A DNA stretch of 64,000 nucleotides from Balanoglossus misakiensis (GCA_040954595.2 CM082587.2:1201500-1265499), one strand, 5' to 3'. Shown: positions 35,892 through 51,100, counted from the stretch's first letter. Made by a program: numbers and translations. Notes: a model not told the origin generated them from the letters alone.

Positions 35892-38800
35892 CTAGAATCA
35901 AAAATAAGAAAAAGACAAAATCAGGGTGGTTGTTTGGATACCTTCTTCAGTTGGTATCTTGTTTGTATTCCTACATTAGTTGGATACTCTTTAATATTTA
36001 ATATGTCAGTTTTTGTTCTTTTGGTTGGGGATTCGTGCAGATATGATTTGATTGAAGCACACACCAGAGTACAATGTTTTATTTTTAGGGTTAGGGATCT
36101 GTGTACGTGTCATCTCAGAAGAGAGACCAATCGATCCATAAAAATTCAAGTGCTGAATTGTTTACAGACATCTTTTTTTGCAATTAAACAAACGCATTTG
36201 CATCGAGACAGACAGGTGTGTCGACCTTTGCTACAACATATTTCTTAAAGTGACTATTTCAAGTACCCCCTCCAAGAAAAAAAAATTCTTTGCTCTTTAT
36301 GCTACCACAATTGTATACCGCAGTGAGACGGTTTCACAAGTGCCCCATAAAACTTGCACAAGTCTTCACTTATAGTTTACATAAGGCAATTTTGGAGCAA
36401 AATGAGGTCACTGCAATTACCCTGTCTTGCAACAATGACAGGGTATGCACGGATGGTCTGAAAAACTCCGCAGGGCAAAAAGTATCCAAAAACTTTATTC
36501 AATTGGATCTGTTGAAATATACTGGTTTCCTTGATACACTCATCTACTCAATATCAGGTCTTGTAAGCAACCACATGAAGTGGTTCTGTTTTGCTTATTT
36601 AAAATATCCGAGGGTAGGCGAAAATTTACAGCTTATCTACTGTGGAATTCTTGTGGTAAAAATAGCAAGGCAGAGGAATTCAACTGCCAAAGGGCTGACT
36701 CTTCTTTATATGTTTTGTTGTGTGTGATTTGGGGGAGGGATGACGGAATCTTCTGGAGTAGGTACGTAGAGCAGAATAGACAACCAATTCTAATTTGGCA
36801 AAGTCTTGGTTGGAATGTAATGTTTATACACGCAAGTGCATCGGTTTCTGTTTTGCCCCCATTCACTGAAACCTTCCCAAAGTTTCTCATGCACGTGTGC
36901 ACAAACACACACATGCACGCAGGACTTGTTCGTTCCTCATTTTTCTGAAACTGTCTGCAGTTACTTTTGTTTCAAAGATGACACTTTTATTTTAATTCTA
37001 TCCATTAGAAGATATTTGGGGCAGATGTTTCATCTGACAACCACTGCTGAGTGTTATTGTCACAAGATGACACGCTTTTGTTGTCACAAATAGAAAGATA
37101 CACATTGAATTTTTGTAGCTGCCCCAGGGCTGTCTTCATGGTACATTAACTGACACCGACAAACTGCGCCATAATTATAATTCTGATCACAACCAACCAA
37201 TTGACATGTAAGTAAAGACCATCAGCGAGTAAATGACTTTTGACAGATCTGTTAATAAAACTGCATCTGATTGGATGGTAGATCTAACCTCTGACCCCAG
37301 CCCGAGAACAGATAAATCATGGTGCGGCACCTGTGAATGCAACAGCGCCATCACACCATTGCCGCAAAAAACATGATCAAGGGAACCTCGCACCCTTTAC
37401 GACACTGAAAAAGTTACATACAAACGCTAATGACCCGAAGTAAACACATTTTTCAATAAATCACCAAACATTCCAAATTACACTAATACTTTGTTTACTG
37501 TGTCCAATAAACGGGAAGAGAAACCTCTAGGCTCCTAACATGAAAATAAAATTCACACACTCTCATAAACTTGCACGTCATAAGTTAGCAGGCGTTTGTC
37601 AATAATGGGCAGAGCGGTAATGGTTGGCACGACACAATATGGTGAAACCTTTGGTCGGCGCAAAATAAACATCTGTCTTTGCATTCAAACAATTCAAGTC
37701 ACCATTTGTCACACATAAAGCACCACTATTCACACTGCCCACTTCTCATAATCCTCGACGCAATATGTTATAATTCTGTATCACTTTCGAGTCAGCTGGT
37801 TTGGGGCTTATTCTTTTTTAGCAAGTGTTTTTGTTTTGACTCTTCAGAGGAACATTAAGCAAAAACACCATCTGTAATTCCTGCATGGGTTTAGAATATC
37901 AATATTTTATATTTAAAGCTGCCGAGTTATAAATAATGCAATTGTTTGAGTTTAGGTCTGCCAAATATTAATGGCAACTATGCTTCAGGCAGTGATTCAC
38001 TAAGATACATATTTTTCTCAGCTACGATAATTATAATAATGTTAATTTTTATTTTAATGACTGCAGCTGTACATTCATATCACTTGTGATTACAACATTT
38101 TACATCTTTGCAAACTTTTACTCTACGAAACGAATCTGTCCAAAGCAGAGAACAGTGCCGTTTTCAAACTGATCCAAATCTCCCTAAAATCCATTAAAAA
38201 TAAAAAATACATTATGTAGTAAGCCAGGCTCCTAATTATAATACATTTCCTGGAAAGCCCCACCACCTTATTTGATATTCAGGCAAGGAACTCACGAATT
38301 ATAGCTTTGGCTCAGGAAACTGACGAAGCACTTCAGAACACTTTCTTTGCAACAGCTGTTTTTCAAAAGTACGGAGATTTGAGATGGAAACGATAAAGAT
38401 TAGTGTTGATAGCTGTACTCTCTTTAAAGACAAAGTCATTGAGACAGGGATCAAGACTCGTACTTTCTATTCAAGTTGATATCTGGCATCAACTTTCACA
38501 CAGCAAAACTTTCCCTCAAAAAACGTCATCCATGTTGAAACGTCCATGTTATTTTCCCGCTCCATTGGAGCAAATCTCAAGCATAAAGTTTGACCCAAAA
38601 CTGTAATTCCTGTTCATACCAAAATGCCAGCTTGTGAATTTATTTAACCGCGGGGAAAAAGGCAAAATTATCGTCTAATTAAAACGTTTTAAAAATGCAT
38701 TTATTTAGACTGTAAACAACAGACAATAGGCTGCTGCAGTGTTGTAGCTGATGTGTGTCAGCTGGTTCCCTAGTTTCACTTTCCCATTAATATTTCTCTC

Positions 38801-40119
38801 ACATATGATTTGCAGTTGATGACACATCCGTCACTCAAGGCAGAATTAAACACAAAAAGGTGATCCCCCGCGAAACACAAGTGATTGGGTATGCCAGAGT
38901 CGACGCTCGCATCAGCTGTAGAGGACTTAGGACCATCCGATGTACAGCCTCATTTAATAAATGGCAACAAAGACGTATTAGCAGTATCATGGACGGAACA
39001 CATATGCAACACCTGGACGCAAACACTCTCAGTTACAAAGAACAGCGAGCAGAATATGTCGTAACACAAAGCATGTATTTCAATACGGCTAATCTTATTA
39101 GGACACCATCCATCACTGAACAGAGCTGAAATATTGCGCACGCAGAAATTCCATTTTTTATGTACCCGTCCATAACTGATTGGTTGTGTGTTTTTTATAA
39201 AACGAGAAATAATCAAAATGTGTTTACTGACAATTCATCATTGGTAGAAACACAATTCCAACAATAGCTGTGGTTGTATTGTGATCTGAATTTGCTGACC
39301 ATGAAAAATATAAATGTATACATTTGTCAATTATTTTACAACTGATGTGCAACACTCTGAATTCTGTCCAGCGAGTCTGGTTGCCTCACGACAAAATCTG
39401 TAACTGTCAACACATTTTGAAAATTTTGAGAGCACTTTAAAACCTAATAGTGATCACCACGGTTACAGTGACGAAATATTTTATATCTAAAGGTACTGAT
39501 TCAATTGAGTGAATACAAAAACGAAAGAATTGTTATGAAAATGCAAGACATTTTGACTAAATATCCAGGAGGATGTGAAAGAGGATGATGGAATGTTGAG
39601 GATGGAATATTTCAGAATCTTTGAACGGTGCAGCCATACAGGTGGTTCTCAAACACTCCAATTCTGGGTATGGACACCAACAAATAATTCATATATCATC
39701 TCAACACAGTTTTCAATGTGCCATATGGTGGTACTCAGCATAGAAGTAATATTTTCTCATTTCAAGTCTATAAACAATTGTGATGTGTGGGGGTTTCATT
39801 TGATTTTGTCAGCCAGTGCAGATTTATTTCCGTCAACTTTTGGTTGATGGATACTGCCACTGGTGGGTGAATGGCAGAGCGTGTATTTCAACCTCAGTCG
39901 TACCATGGGCATTGCATTGTGGGATGACTGAACACAGCCGTCGGCCAATCACAAATTCTTGGTGAGGTGGTCTGCTGCAGAATACTCATGTACAAACACA
40001 GACAATGAGATGATACCATCAACAGCATCATTGGTAGAACATTAAACTTGGAAGCTCACTGAAGGTCCAATGGTTTACTCATTTCTGTATGACAGTGTTC
40101 ATCTTCATATGGCGGAGAA

Positions 40120-40235
40120 AGGGAGATGGGGAAGGAGGGACAGAGAGGAGAAGGAAGGGAGGGAGGAAGAGAGAGGGGGTAGACAGGGAGTGGAGAGGGG
40201 AGGGGCGAGGGAGACTGGAGGCAAGGGAGGGAGAC
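40120..40235 (+). repeat. Polypurine (G/A-rich) low-complexity tract
   Basis: gggagatggggaaggagggacagagaggagaaggaagggagggagg..., with many GGG runs. Confidence 0.8.
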
Positions 40236-43200
40236 GTAAAAAGACAGTGTCATCAAAATCCACACCTTGATGCGACCTCAACATCTCTCACTGTTCGATT
40301 CCTGCACACTGCATCCTACCTCCACCCTGGTAATCACCCCCATTTTTCGGCAACATTTGGTACATAATTAATATTTTCACCAAGACCTTTTCTGGTCACA
40401 GCTTGTACAGCCATTCTCCCAATCCTTATCCCTCTTTAATTCTGGCTTAGGTGTACGATACATCACGGCTTACACGGGATCAGTGACCCTAATCTCAGCC
40501 ACTTTTACTTCTCCTGCCTAGAAAATGGTGCTTTTTCACTTTCTTTCTTTTTTTTTACAGTGGGATGTTCACTTTCTGTTAATTCCTGTAATCCCGGCAA
40601 GGCACCGGAGTTTGATCCCGTGGCAAGAGTTCACAGTTGCCATTCATCATCCATCATGTCTTTGTGTCATCAAACAATCCTGGCCATCGCAAAGTGATTC
40701 AGACAGTTTGTCGACTTCTTCAGTTTTGATCAACTTTCTTCTGTATTTGGAAATTCTAGCATGCTATGATGATTCAGTTTTAGTTTGTGTTACGATTTTG
40801 AAACAGATACTGAGATAGAGTCTACAGAACATGTGTAGAACTTGTGGAGTAAACTAGAAATTGGCGTCATTATTTCCTGCAAACAACACCATTAAATGCA
40901 AACTGCGTCTGGAATTACCTCTGACATAATATCGCTTTCGAATTACTGAGGCATACCTCGTATTAGGGGAAAATTACTCCTTTTGCGCCAAAATGGTGAA
41001 ATTATTTCAATTCACACTCCTAATTGACAGTCCGCGTTAATATACATTAGTCTGTCTGCCGAAACAGTCAAATTCCCTGGAAATGAAACTCCCGGATGGA
41101 GTCAAATGAAGCACCATTCCACGGAAAACTTTAGCAAACGGCCCTACAGGGATTACTTTGTATTAAAGCGAATGCTGAACGCACGTGATTTGACAACTTT
41201 GATATAGAATATTGAAGCAGCTTAATTGCCACATGGCAAGATAGTATGAACATTTTCTAGCAAATTGACGATTTTTATTGTCCATTTTCAACTAATACAT
41301 CTACTTTAGATCCACTATCACAGCGTAAGCTTTCTGCGAAATGTCTCGCTGACCCAATAGGTCAGCAGGTACAGCTAGCATGCCGATAAAATCTTCCGTT
41401 TTTATATCTGTGATTCCATTTATTATCTTTGTCGCAGAAAAACATTAGGAAAATTTTCCTGAAGTGACAATTTTATTGGTGCTCGCACTTCAGATAATGC
41501 TCCTATAAATTAGCAAATGTGGAGTTCTGGTCTGATGCTAGTTTCAGTTTCTGATTCACATCCTGGGGAAATGAACATAAAACAAATATCAAAATTTTAT
41601 AATTTTCCTTCTCTGCGTGAAGTCGGAGATCTAACATTCTCTCCAATTTATTTTTCACAGAGAAGTTTAAAGGCCCATCAGCTTCCTTTTCTAAATGATC
41701 CATATCATAAGTCCATGAACGACACAATTTTTTTAAAGATTCTGCAGTACCCTAAATCGTTCACAATTCAACCAGCTACAATCAGAGCCTGAGGTTGATG
41801 ATGGTATAACCATCATCAAACCCATCTAAATGGACCAATCTAAGTTTGAAAGTAAAATCATGAAAATAATGTGAAAAGTAGCAGCTAATGGGGCTTTAAA
41901 ACCCAAAGCAAATGTCGGATGATGCAAGTTTAGTGATTGCAACACGCAAGATTTTAGTCTTTTTTGGTTGTAACGATCTCGCTGGTGAAATTGGTATTTA
42001 TGACGGAGGAAAAATTGTAATAATTCTGACAACGATAAATGCAATTAGGCATGCTGTAATCAATCACGAAGAACCACACTAAGGTTGGTTTTTATCGTGG
42101 AGTGTCTCCCTAGGTCGAGGAATGGATGCCACCACTTGGCATAGCAGGGGTGGGTTGGGGGAAACCACTTGGCAAAATAGGGGGTGTTTGGCTGACACAG
42201 AAGGGGCGGGTAGATGATACTCTTTAGTAAAGAGTGACTGGGGATACAAGAAGATCTCTTTCACTTGAGACAAAAAAAAATCGGCAAACATCGCCTTGGT
42301 GTATGTATGATAGAAAGAAATCAGACAACAGACTTATTAGAATCTCATTTTGTGGTGGCGACCACACAACCTACAACTTCACAAAAATGTCATATTTTGG
42401 TTGATTCGCGTGCGTCTGCCACTGAGATGAAAATTCAATTATTGCGTTACAGTGGGGTGCAAGTTTTTTCTGCATCATGAAACCGAGATGTGAAATGGAA
42501 GCCTGGGGCAACAAATCGTATCCATATGAACATTTCACATTAAATGCTACCACAGAGAGATGGACTGTCGTTTGTTGCCGAGGACAACAGTGATTTTTAA
42601 ATTAATCAAAAATGACTTCATACAGTCGGCTAAGAGTATTTACACGATTGAAAGTTTGAGTTAATAAGAGAAACCAACAATTCAGACTACAGAGATCTGA
42701 TATTTTGACAAAGCATTTTATTCCTCAGAATCGTAGACACGACAGTTTGCTCCAACTTTCAATGACACTGAATGAATGTGCTTTTATTTTCCAAGAACGT
42801 GAGGACAGGCACATTTTTGGAAAGATCATTGGCACAAGAAATGAGACTTTCAACATTTAAACCCCCGTACTATAAATTATGACAATCCCTTAATACTGAT
42901 GTTTGTACATGCCATATAATCAATCCTTTCAACTCATTTTTATATCTAATGGATGCCTTATATCGCTGTTTTCCTTTTCAATCTTCGGTCAATCCTTATT
43001 ACTAGCATACTGGAGCACCGATCCCCAAATCAATAGTCTAATAAAATAAAAATCCCCCTTTGAAAATCGTAATAAGCCATTTCCCAAGCAATGCAAGCAT
43101 CTCTATAGAGTCGATGATGAAAGGGGAAACAAAGATGACTATAATATCTGCGGCAATATTTGCTTAGTTTTGAATTTCAAATCTCGGGTGTTGAGTTATA

Positions 43201-46200
43201 GAACCTGCAGTATGGGTATTGTGTGCAGATATTATATGACACAAGAGGTGTTGTGTGGGCTTCTACAATGATGTAGGCACCATGTTTAATATGTGCTATT
43301 GAGGGTACTCTTTGATATTAGAAAACTAGCTGGTTATGCATTAGTATGAAAAGAACGGCACAATATGAACGATTGATATTGTCATTCAAAATTACATGAC
43401 CTTTATGGGAGCTTTCCCAATGATTTTTCCGGGAATTTTTGAGGTAAAAAATGTTTTTTTTCCCAGCAGTGGTTGTACAGTTGTATAGACAACTGCCAGA
43501 CACCACACCACATCAACTTTTGATGGAAGCACAAAATATTCGCGGTATTGTACAATGGAAATACCGGAAGCATTGCATCAAAAATTTATGACAAATTTTT
43601 AGAGACAGCCTCCGGTACACTGTGGTATAACAATGAGGCGGTGTGAAAGATATTATATACATCACTGTCCATGATATCATGACAACCATTTAAGCATAGA
43701 TGTGCCATTCAATATTTGAACACTCGGGTTATCGATACTGTACACTGAATGAGAACTTTTGTGGATATGATAGTACAATCAAGCATTGAGAATACTTTGG
43801 GTTTTGTGATAGTTCTTGCACTGACATACAAATCTACTGGAACACTCGAGGGCGTTAGATGTTAGATGTGTTAGATGTTGCAACCCAAGGGGCACATTTC
43901 CGTAGCTATACTACACAACCAGAACTGCATAGGTACATGTAGACTACTGCAGTAAGGCCGTTACTTGGGGGATATCCAGGAAGATAATATATAATCAAGA
44001 GGAAAACATCCCTGGAATCGAATGAGATATATGGCTACACTCCAGGGCATTGCAGTTGATATATTACCAGTACTTGGCAATGTGCAGTTAGTAGAGTTCA
44101 TACCGACACACAAAGTGAAAATCTGCAAAGCCATTGTTTGTTTAATACTTCACTGATCATGACCATGGTCTGACAAGCACTGTATGCAGACTACAATTCT
44201 AACTGTAAATGGTAAAAATTTCACAAGGAATTGAAATTCTAATCGCATGATTTTGCTAGCCTGTACAGCAAACCAAGACCTCTGAGTCGTCACGTCACAT
44301 TTTGCATGTTATCTTTGTTCCATCTGCCACTTCAGGAGATCTGAGTTTGATATGACTGCACAGGTTCTAGAAACAACAGTCAACTTATGAATACACTGCG
44401 GCAAAAAAGTAGGAAACTTCAATTTAATGGATAAGAAACGTCTTTCATGTACAAGATCTTTTCAATGAAACTGCCAGGCTTCGGTCAGAATAATAACATG
44501 TGCAGCCTTCTATTTTTGTTTATACAAAAGTCAACCAGAGAGTGCATTTCATGGCTCTCTTAACTGTTTTCTGGGCAGTAAGTCTGTCGCCATTCTGGTC
44601 ATTAGCACAGAGCTGGTAACTGCAATCTCATACTTAGGGCACGTGACTTGAGGAAGATTTCGCCAACTCAGGTTACCATTCTTCCACTTTTTAGGTCAGC
44701 TGTCCAATGTGGACATATCTATCGGGCAGGAACCAGAATGGTTTGGAGGGGTATTTCCCCCTCTCTGGTAGTCAGAGGATGACATTTCCCTAACAAGTAA
44801 ACATCATAACTGTTTTTTTCACTTGTGAGGGAGATAAGACTATCTACAGCTCTTAGGAGCTCATTATATTCTGCAGAAAATACGTTGAAACTTAAGAGTT
44901 TGAGTCTACTGCTAAATGGATAACCTTCAGACCTGAGCCTTTGTCTGGATGATCGAGATAATATCTATGACATTGTCCAGACACAGGATCGGAGACAGCC
45001 AGTAATTATTTGTAGAGTGGGGTGTGGTGGAATTAACCTTGTTGGCTCTCTCTGTGTTGAGCCGCGCACCCGACATGCCAGGGGAGAAACCTGAAGCTGC
45101 TCTTGGCAGATCTAATTAAGAAACAAAAATGTTTAAGATAGTGTTTTTTTCCGTTTTAATCGTACACCTCACGACAATGAACTGCGAGCGATGAAAAGTG
45201 AATGCTTCTACTGTAGTGCTCAACAGTGACGAGACTGGTCCAGTACATAATCCACTTGAGACAGGATTTCATCACAAGAATGGGGTATACAGTAGCTTGG
45301 GCCATTGGCAGCAATCAGATAGATAGGAAGGGCTTTCTTAAATTGAGGTTTACAGTACTCTAGGACCAGTTAAGGTGATCTGTTGGGTAGACTGTGTTTT
45401 GCAGGTATTTGCTGTTGGGATGGATTGTTATGGTCAGCGAGTTATATTTGTTGCCAAAGACAAGTCAAGCTAGGGCAACTGAGGGCTGCTTTTGGTTTGT
45501 TGTCATGCCAGAAGCCTACAGTGATCAGAGAACATTGTATTATATTTTGGAGATTTTCAGTTCTAAAAACCATGACTTTCCTCTTTGAGTTTGCGATTTA
45601 TTTTGATCGTGCAAAAGCGCTTCTTAGTTCTGCCTCTTTCTTTCATCCTATCATTAAGACCATCTTCTGTTTTGTTCTGTGTTCATCTGACCTGAACAGC
45701 CAGGGCCATCTGTGAAATATGTGCAGCCGTAATCCAAAGGTCACAGCAAGGTTTTCACAGGGACTGTTCCCTTGGGGATCTCTTTGTAGGCGAAATTACA
45801 GCGTTTTCGCCTACACAGATATTTGCTTTGATGTCCAAAATGGGTCTTAGCAAGTTCCATAACCCTCTTTGAGAGGCAGCTAATGTCATGTATTCAATAA
45901 AATACAGGGATTATAGGGAAAAAGAGGTAAGCTGATATTTTGTTTTGGTGTCCCCAGCACTTGAAAACATAATAAATCAGTCTATCATTCCACGCTGCCA
46001 CCATCTCGCGCCAGACCCCCTAGCCTTCTGGCGATGGATCTTCCTGTCAGCCAATCACGGAATCCAGTTCGGCTTTCACCGTTCCTGTGTTTATTTTGGT
46101 CGAATCTGAGACGCCCAGCTTCAAGGGTCATAACATCATTAGTGAACTTGGCTTTGGCTGTGTTTCAAGTTCACTGTGATATGCTAATAGCCTAGCCATC

Positions 46201-48104
46201 CAAGATGACCTTATTATAACTACAAGTACATCTTCGTGCATTCCCGCTTCTATTTTAATCATCATCATTTGTTCTCAATTTCATTTGATAATCTTAAGTA
46301 TCGTAAAAACTTTGGGGTTGGGGCTGGGAGTAAGGATTTTACCCTGTATAGGACTGATTAATGTTCAATATTTTCATTCCTATGATCTTAAAACTAACAA
46401 TAACATATTATCTATCCTCAGTAGGTGATCGCATACACGCCCAGTAATTTGCAAAGCAATTTTAACAGCCAACCCAGACTGAAATAATTTCAAACAAGTG
46501 ATTATGTCTGACACCACTGACAAATCACCCCATGAATTAACAACGAAGGATGATGATTAATCTGGTTTATAGTTAACTGTTTGTAAAAAATACAACTTTG
46601 ATTAGTAGATGCGACATTCCCTTGCATGTGGTAACATGTGCCCTAGTTGTGTAATTTCATAAATAGTACACTTTCTAAGTCTGAATAATTACTATTTGCT
46701 TTCACATTTTTATCCTTTGATGAATATGCCTCTAACATATGCCGCTGTTAATTAATTAAAAAGAGAAATTAAAGTTCATTCTTTCCCAACATTTTCACTC
46801 CAATTAAACTCCTTACTCCACCAACATTGGACTGAAAGACAATCATCCTATTTAACCTTTGTGGCCAGTGTAAAAGAGCTTCAATTAATTAATGACTCAT
46901 CTCAGCCTTAAAGCCAAAAGAGATATTGCTTAAACCAGGCAACCGTGTCTTATGCTCTTGTCTTCTGTGTCTCATGATTGATACAAAAGCAGGAGTACTT
47001 TATTAGTAAGCATAACTGTTCTCCTATAATAATGAGACAACTAAAATAATTATACAAGAGAGGGCTTTGTCCCTTTAATAATTCTCTCAACTGTTGTGAA
47101 CACTGTCGCAGGTGAAGCCACAATCCACGGTTGACGCTGGAAGACATCACTGCTCTACTTCTCAGAAATACTGAACCTACAATCATTGAGAGCATGTAAC
47201 TCATCGAAGCCTTACTCCGAGACCGTGCCATGTCAGAGCCATTTTGGCCGGACCCTCAACCTTTCCTGGCTGATTGTTTTCACTTCTATTAATTCTAATG
47301 CACTCGAAGTCATTTTAATCACTAGTTTTCATTTTTATTTTACGACAGATTATAATTACGGATCTCCCCGGAGAGAGAACTTGGATTAGTACGTTGTAGA
47401 CAGCAGGACTATTTATTGATGGAGTGAATTTTCATTATGATGAAATACACAAACCATTTAATTAGGAAAATGTTATTTTTTTCCTCCGGAGAACAAGAAA
47501 TGTATAGTGATTACTTACAGTGAAGATAAAATTGAACCTCGCTTAATACTTTTTGATACAACAACTCAAAGGTTTTATGCAACAGCATGTCTCGGGGCAA
47601 AGGTAAAAATTTCATTGCTGTTTCTTATATTATCTAGAAATACAACCTGACAGTTTTGACAATTCTTTAATGGCGGTTAATATCTATCTCTCTCTCCAGG
47701 CTATTTTTCAGTTGTCATTGAATATCAAACTTTTGGTTGTTTATTCTACAAAATAAAAGGCCCAGCAATTCATGATGGCATCGTACAGATAAAATTGGTT
47801 CAAAATCATATTTTAGTTTACAGATATATTCTGTAATTGGTAATGTCATTGGAATTTTTGATGGGGTTGGGTTCGATAAAGGGGATCGGACATTGCGGTG
47901 AACAGTCAAACCTGAGGCAACTTCAACCGAAGGAAAACTACTAGCAATGGGGACGCACACGATCGCACATCTTTTTTTCATGTTTGAAAAACAACAACGT
48001 GTCCCTTTGGGTAAAGCCTGTATATGAATATTCAGAAATGCTAAAAATCTTGGCAGTATTAACGTGACTGATGACTGCCCGCAGGCATATAAACGCACCT
48101 ACAC

Positions 48105-48195
48105 TACAGTCGTAAATCAGTCATAAATTTTATGGTTACAGTTGATGGCGAGGAAGAGGCCATTAAAATATGCAAATGAGCTGTCAGTTTATGTT
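48105..48195. promoter_or_regulatory. Candidate intronic enhancer with Pbx-Hox, Hox/Cdx, POU and Meis motifs
   Basis: TGATTTACGAC (minus, 48109-48119), GTCATAAA, TTTATGG, CCATTAA, ATGCAAAT (48170) and CTGTCA (48181) within about 80 bp. Confidence 0.5.
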
Positions 48196-51100
48196 TGATT
48201 AGGGGTTTCCCAGTCTAAGAGGAAGGGGGCAGTACCAAGTGTCAACTTTTATTTATCTTCTTGCATGGTTTCATGATTTGCGACTGATTCATTTGCAAGT
48301 GCAGCCAGGCATATGTTCCTGCAAATGACAGAGGACGTCCAATCGTCTAGACCAGGTTTCCATGACAACGTGTGACCCATTTATTGCGGGTTCTTGTCAG
48401 GAGGTGCAGACACATTTGACACGAATACACTTTACATTTTTGGAGACTCCAGATACCACCGCTGGTGGTAACATTTAACTGTATTGATGAGAACAGATTA
48501 TGGAGTCAGAGTTTCTGATCTTATAACTACAAAAACACTTTCTGTCTTCCTTTGTACAAAAGAGATGACACCAGTATATGATTTAATCATCTAATAAAGG
48601 GCTAAAACAATTTATTCTCATTATACTTTTGGGAGGGGCATTAATTTATTGCCGGGTAAACTGAGTCATTTTTATAAAAATATACAAATGACAAGATACT
48701 TGCTCCGAAGAGGGCAGACAGACAACATTTATTTGTTTGACTAGAACAATAAGGTACACTGAATCGACCAGTACTGCACCAGAAAATCGTCTTAAAAGAC
48801 GCCTTCTCCCGACTTGACTTTTTTGGTCCAAGTGTGGAAGGTTCACGGCCAGAATACATGGGCTGCATTCTTTTGACGGGTTTAATGAATTGAATATCCA
48901 ATCTGGACAGTAAGGTTCAGCTAAATTAAGAGAGGAAAGTAACTTTTGTTGCTTCTCCACAATAATCCTGATAAATCACGGTATTCGAGATGAACTCATG
49001 TGCAAATTTTTTTCTGCACCACAAAGTATAAAATGTCAGGGAGAAGAAGAAAAAAAAATCTGGTCTTTTCGGTATCTCAATATCGCAAACGCTTGACTGA
49101 CAGTAGACAGCTGTGGATCACACACTATCAACTTCAATTTGCGGCGGTGATAACGCATTCCTCTAAATTGAACAAGCCTTTTCCCAGCTAACTAGAAACA
49201 TTAACAAGATTGAAGCTATCCGAATTTTTTTTTCGGTGGCAAAGGAAATCAGGAGTGTGGACCCATCAAGGGGCTTAATTAGGTTCTCCAAAGAGCTTAT
49301 TAAGGTTCTGTAATATCACAAGCCACATCAACAATGACAACCTACTGTATTTAGTCTTCCTTCGGGACAAACGACACTAACATCATCAGAAATGTACTCT
49401 CTCCAGCTACTCTCCACTGCCGACCTTTAACCTCTCTAGTCATTAATCTTAATTCGAGGCAAATTTTCAAAATAGCAAAAACCGACCATCCATTACTGGC
49501 TTCTCACCCGTACCGAGTCCGATCACATGTAGAGGCTTAGGAGAACGAGGGAAAGATCTCCACTGACCAACTTGAGTTTATTCTGAAACTACAGTTCAGC
49601 TCAGGCCATGTCTATCTAAGGAAACTTGAGGTTGTTTTTCTGAGTTTCAACAAGTTTTCAGCAATGTTTGATTTTTATGAAAATGCCATTGAATGATCAA
49701 CAAGTTGAGGAGCACAAAAAGAGAGAACAGAACTTGTCCCCCGATAGCCTCTGCGTGGTTAGGGCACAATATTCACCTGTCAGAACACAAACAAATTAGC
49801 AGAGATTTTTCTCGCCCTCCCCGGGGCTTGCAACGCTCCATCAAGCCCACTCATGAATTCTGACAGAATCAAACTGACATTTACAACAAACTAACTAACA
49901 AAACATGACACAAGCACCCCCTTGTTTCCGTGGCAATCCTTCCCCTGTTACGACTCAACTCCAGCACTGATCAATACCATCAACACCTCGGGAACGCCGG
50001 CCGAATCTCTTTTATTAGGGCACCATCTAAATGAGTTGCTGTTTCATTACCTTTTATGACCCTGAAATTAACCTAGTGTGCCTTAATCGCCATGCTTTGG
50101 ACAACTTACTGATTAAACCAAGCTTTATTGTTATACATCTGTTGGGCAACTTTCCAGAATCCTGATCGAAACGCTCTTCCGGCACACGTCTGCACGACAA
50201 GTTTTTATTCTACAATAAGAACCTAAAAATTCAATTTTGTACGATTTCACAGAGATGACACTAGTGACCTTTGAACTCTTCCCTAAGAAACTGAACCCCG
50301 CCCTGAGATCTGAAATCTTGATCACACGTAATCCCTTGACTGAAACAAAAATCGCAAGCACGAATCCAAATTGGGAGAAAACTGGTTTTATGTTGTCTTG
50401 ATATTTATACATGCATTTTTTCGACTGAAATGCCAAACTGGGGAAAAAGTAGAAGAGAGTCAATACTTCATTAGATGATCAACACACAAGTATTCTATAT
50501 ACACAGTACAAATAAAGTTATTCTGGAGCGAGCATTAAGCACACTTTATTGGAGCAACACTGGCATTTCTGGGTTATACAGGAAGAAATATTTGAGTGCA
50601 ATCATACACAAATGTGCAGTTGTCGGATACAATCAGCGTTCTTAGCACCCATACTATGCAACGATAAGCATCTAGATATCGTGCCTAAGTACAGTGTATC
50701 TGAGCATAAACGACTGACGACTGCCGCTGCCCAATAATGCCGAGCTGACATTTGCAAGCAGATATCTCAGATGTGAGTGCCACTGTTCTACAGTGACAGT
50801 TGTGGTTTCTTCTTTTCCCCCATTTGAGCTGATTTCTAACGCATATTAAACTTACTAGACAATATAAAATTAAATTCAAGTGCATATCAAGAATACTGCC
50901 TAGGGATTAGACACGTATACATTCAGCTGTTGATACAGGTAGCTACAAACTTCTGTACCTGCGTTACAAATCAAATTTTGTGACTAAATACTGGACAAGA
51001 GAACAATGAATTTGATCTGTGAGAAAACCACAGTCATGTATGGACTAGCTGACTTGGACAAGGGAATAAAGTTTGGTGACTTCGGTGAGGGTGTTGGGGG

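Noticed and set aside
41767-41778. TTCAACCAGCTA equal to the 3' half of miR-133
   Set aside because: Seed half is absent
42131-42192. Two imperfect copies of CCACTTGGCA...GGGGTG..TTGG
   Set aside because: Only two units; an ordinary small tandem duplication, not a CRISPR-like array
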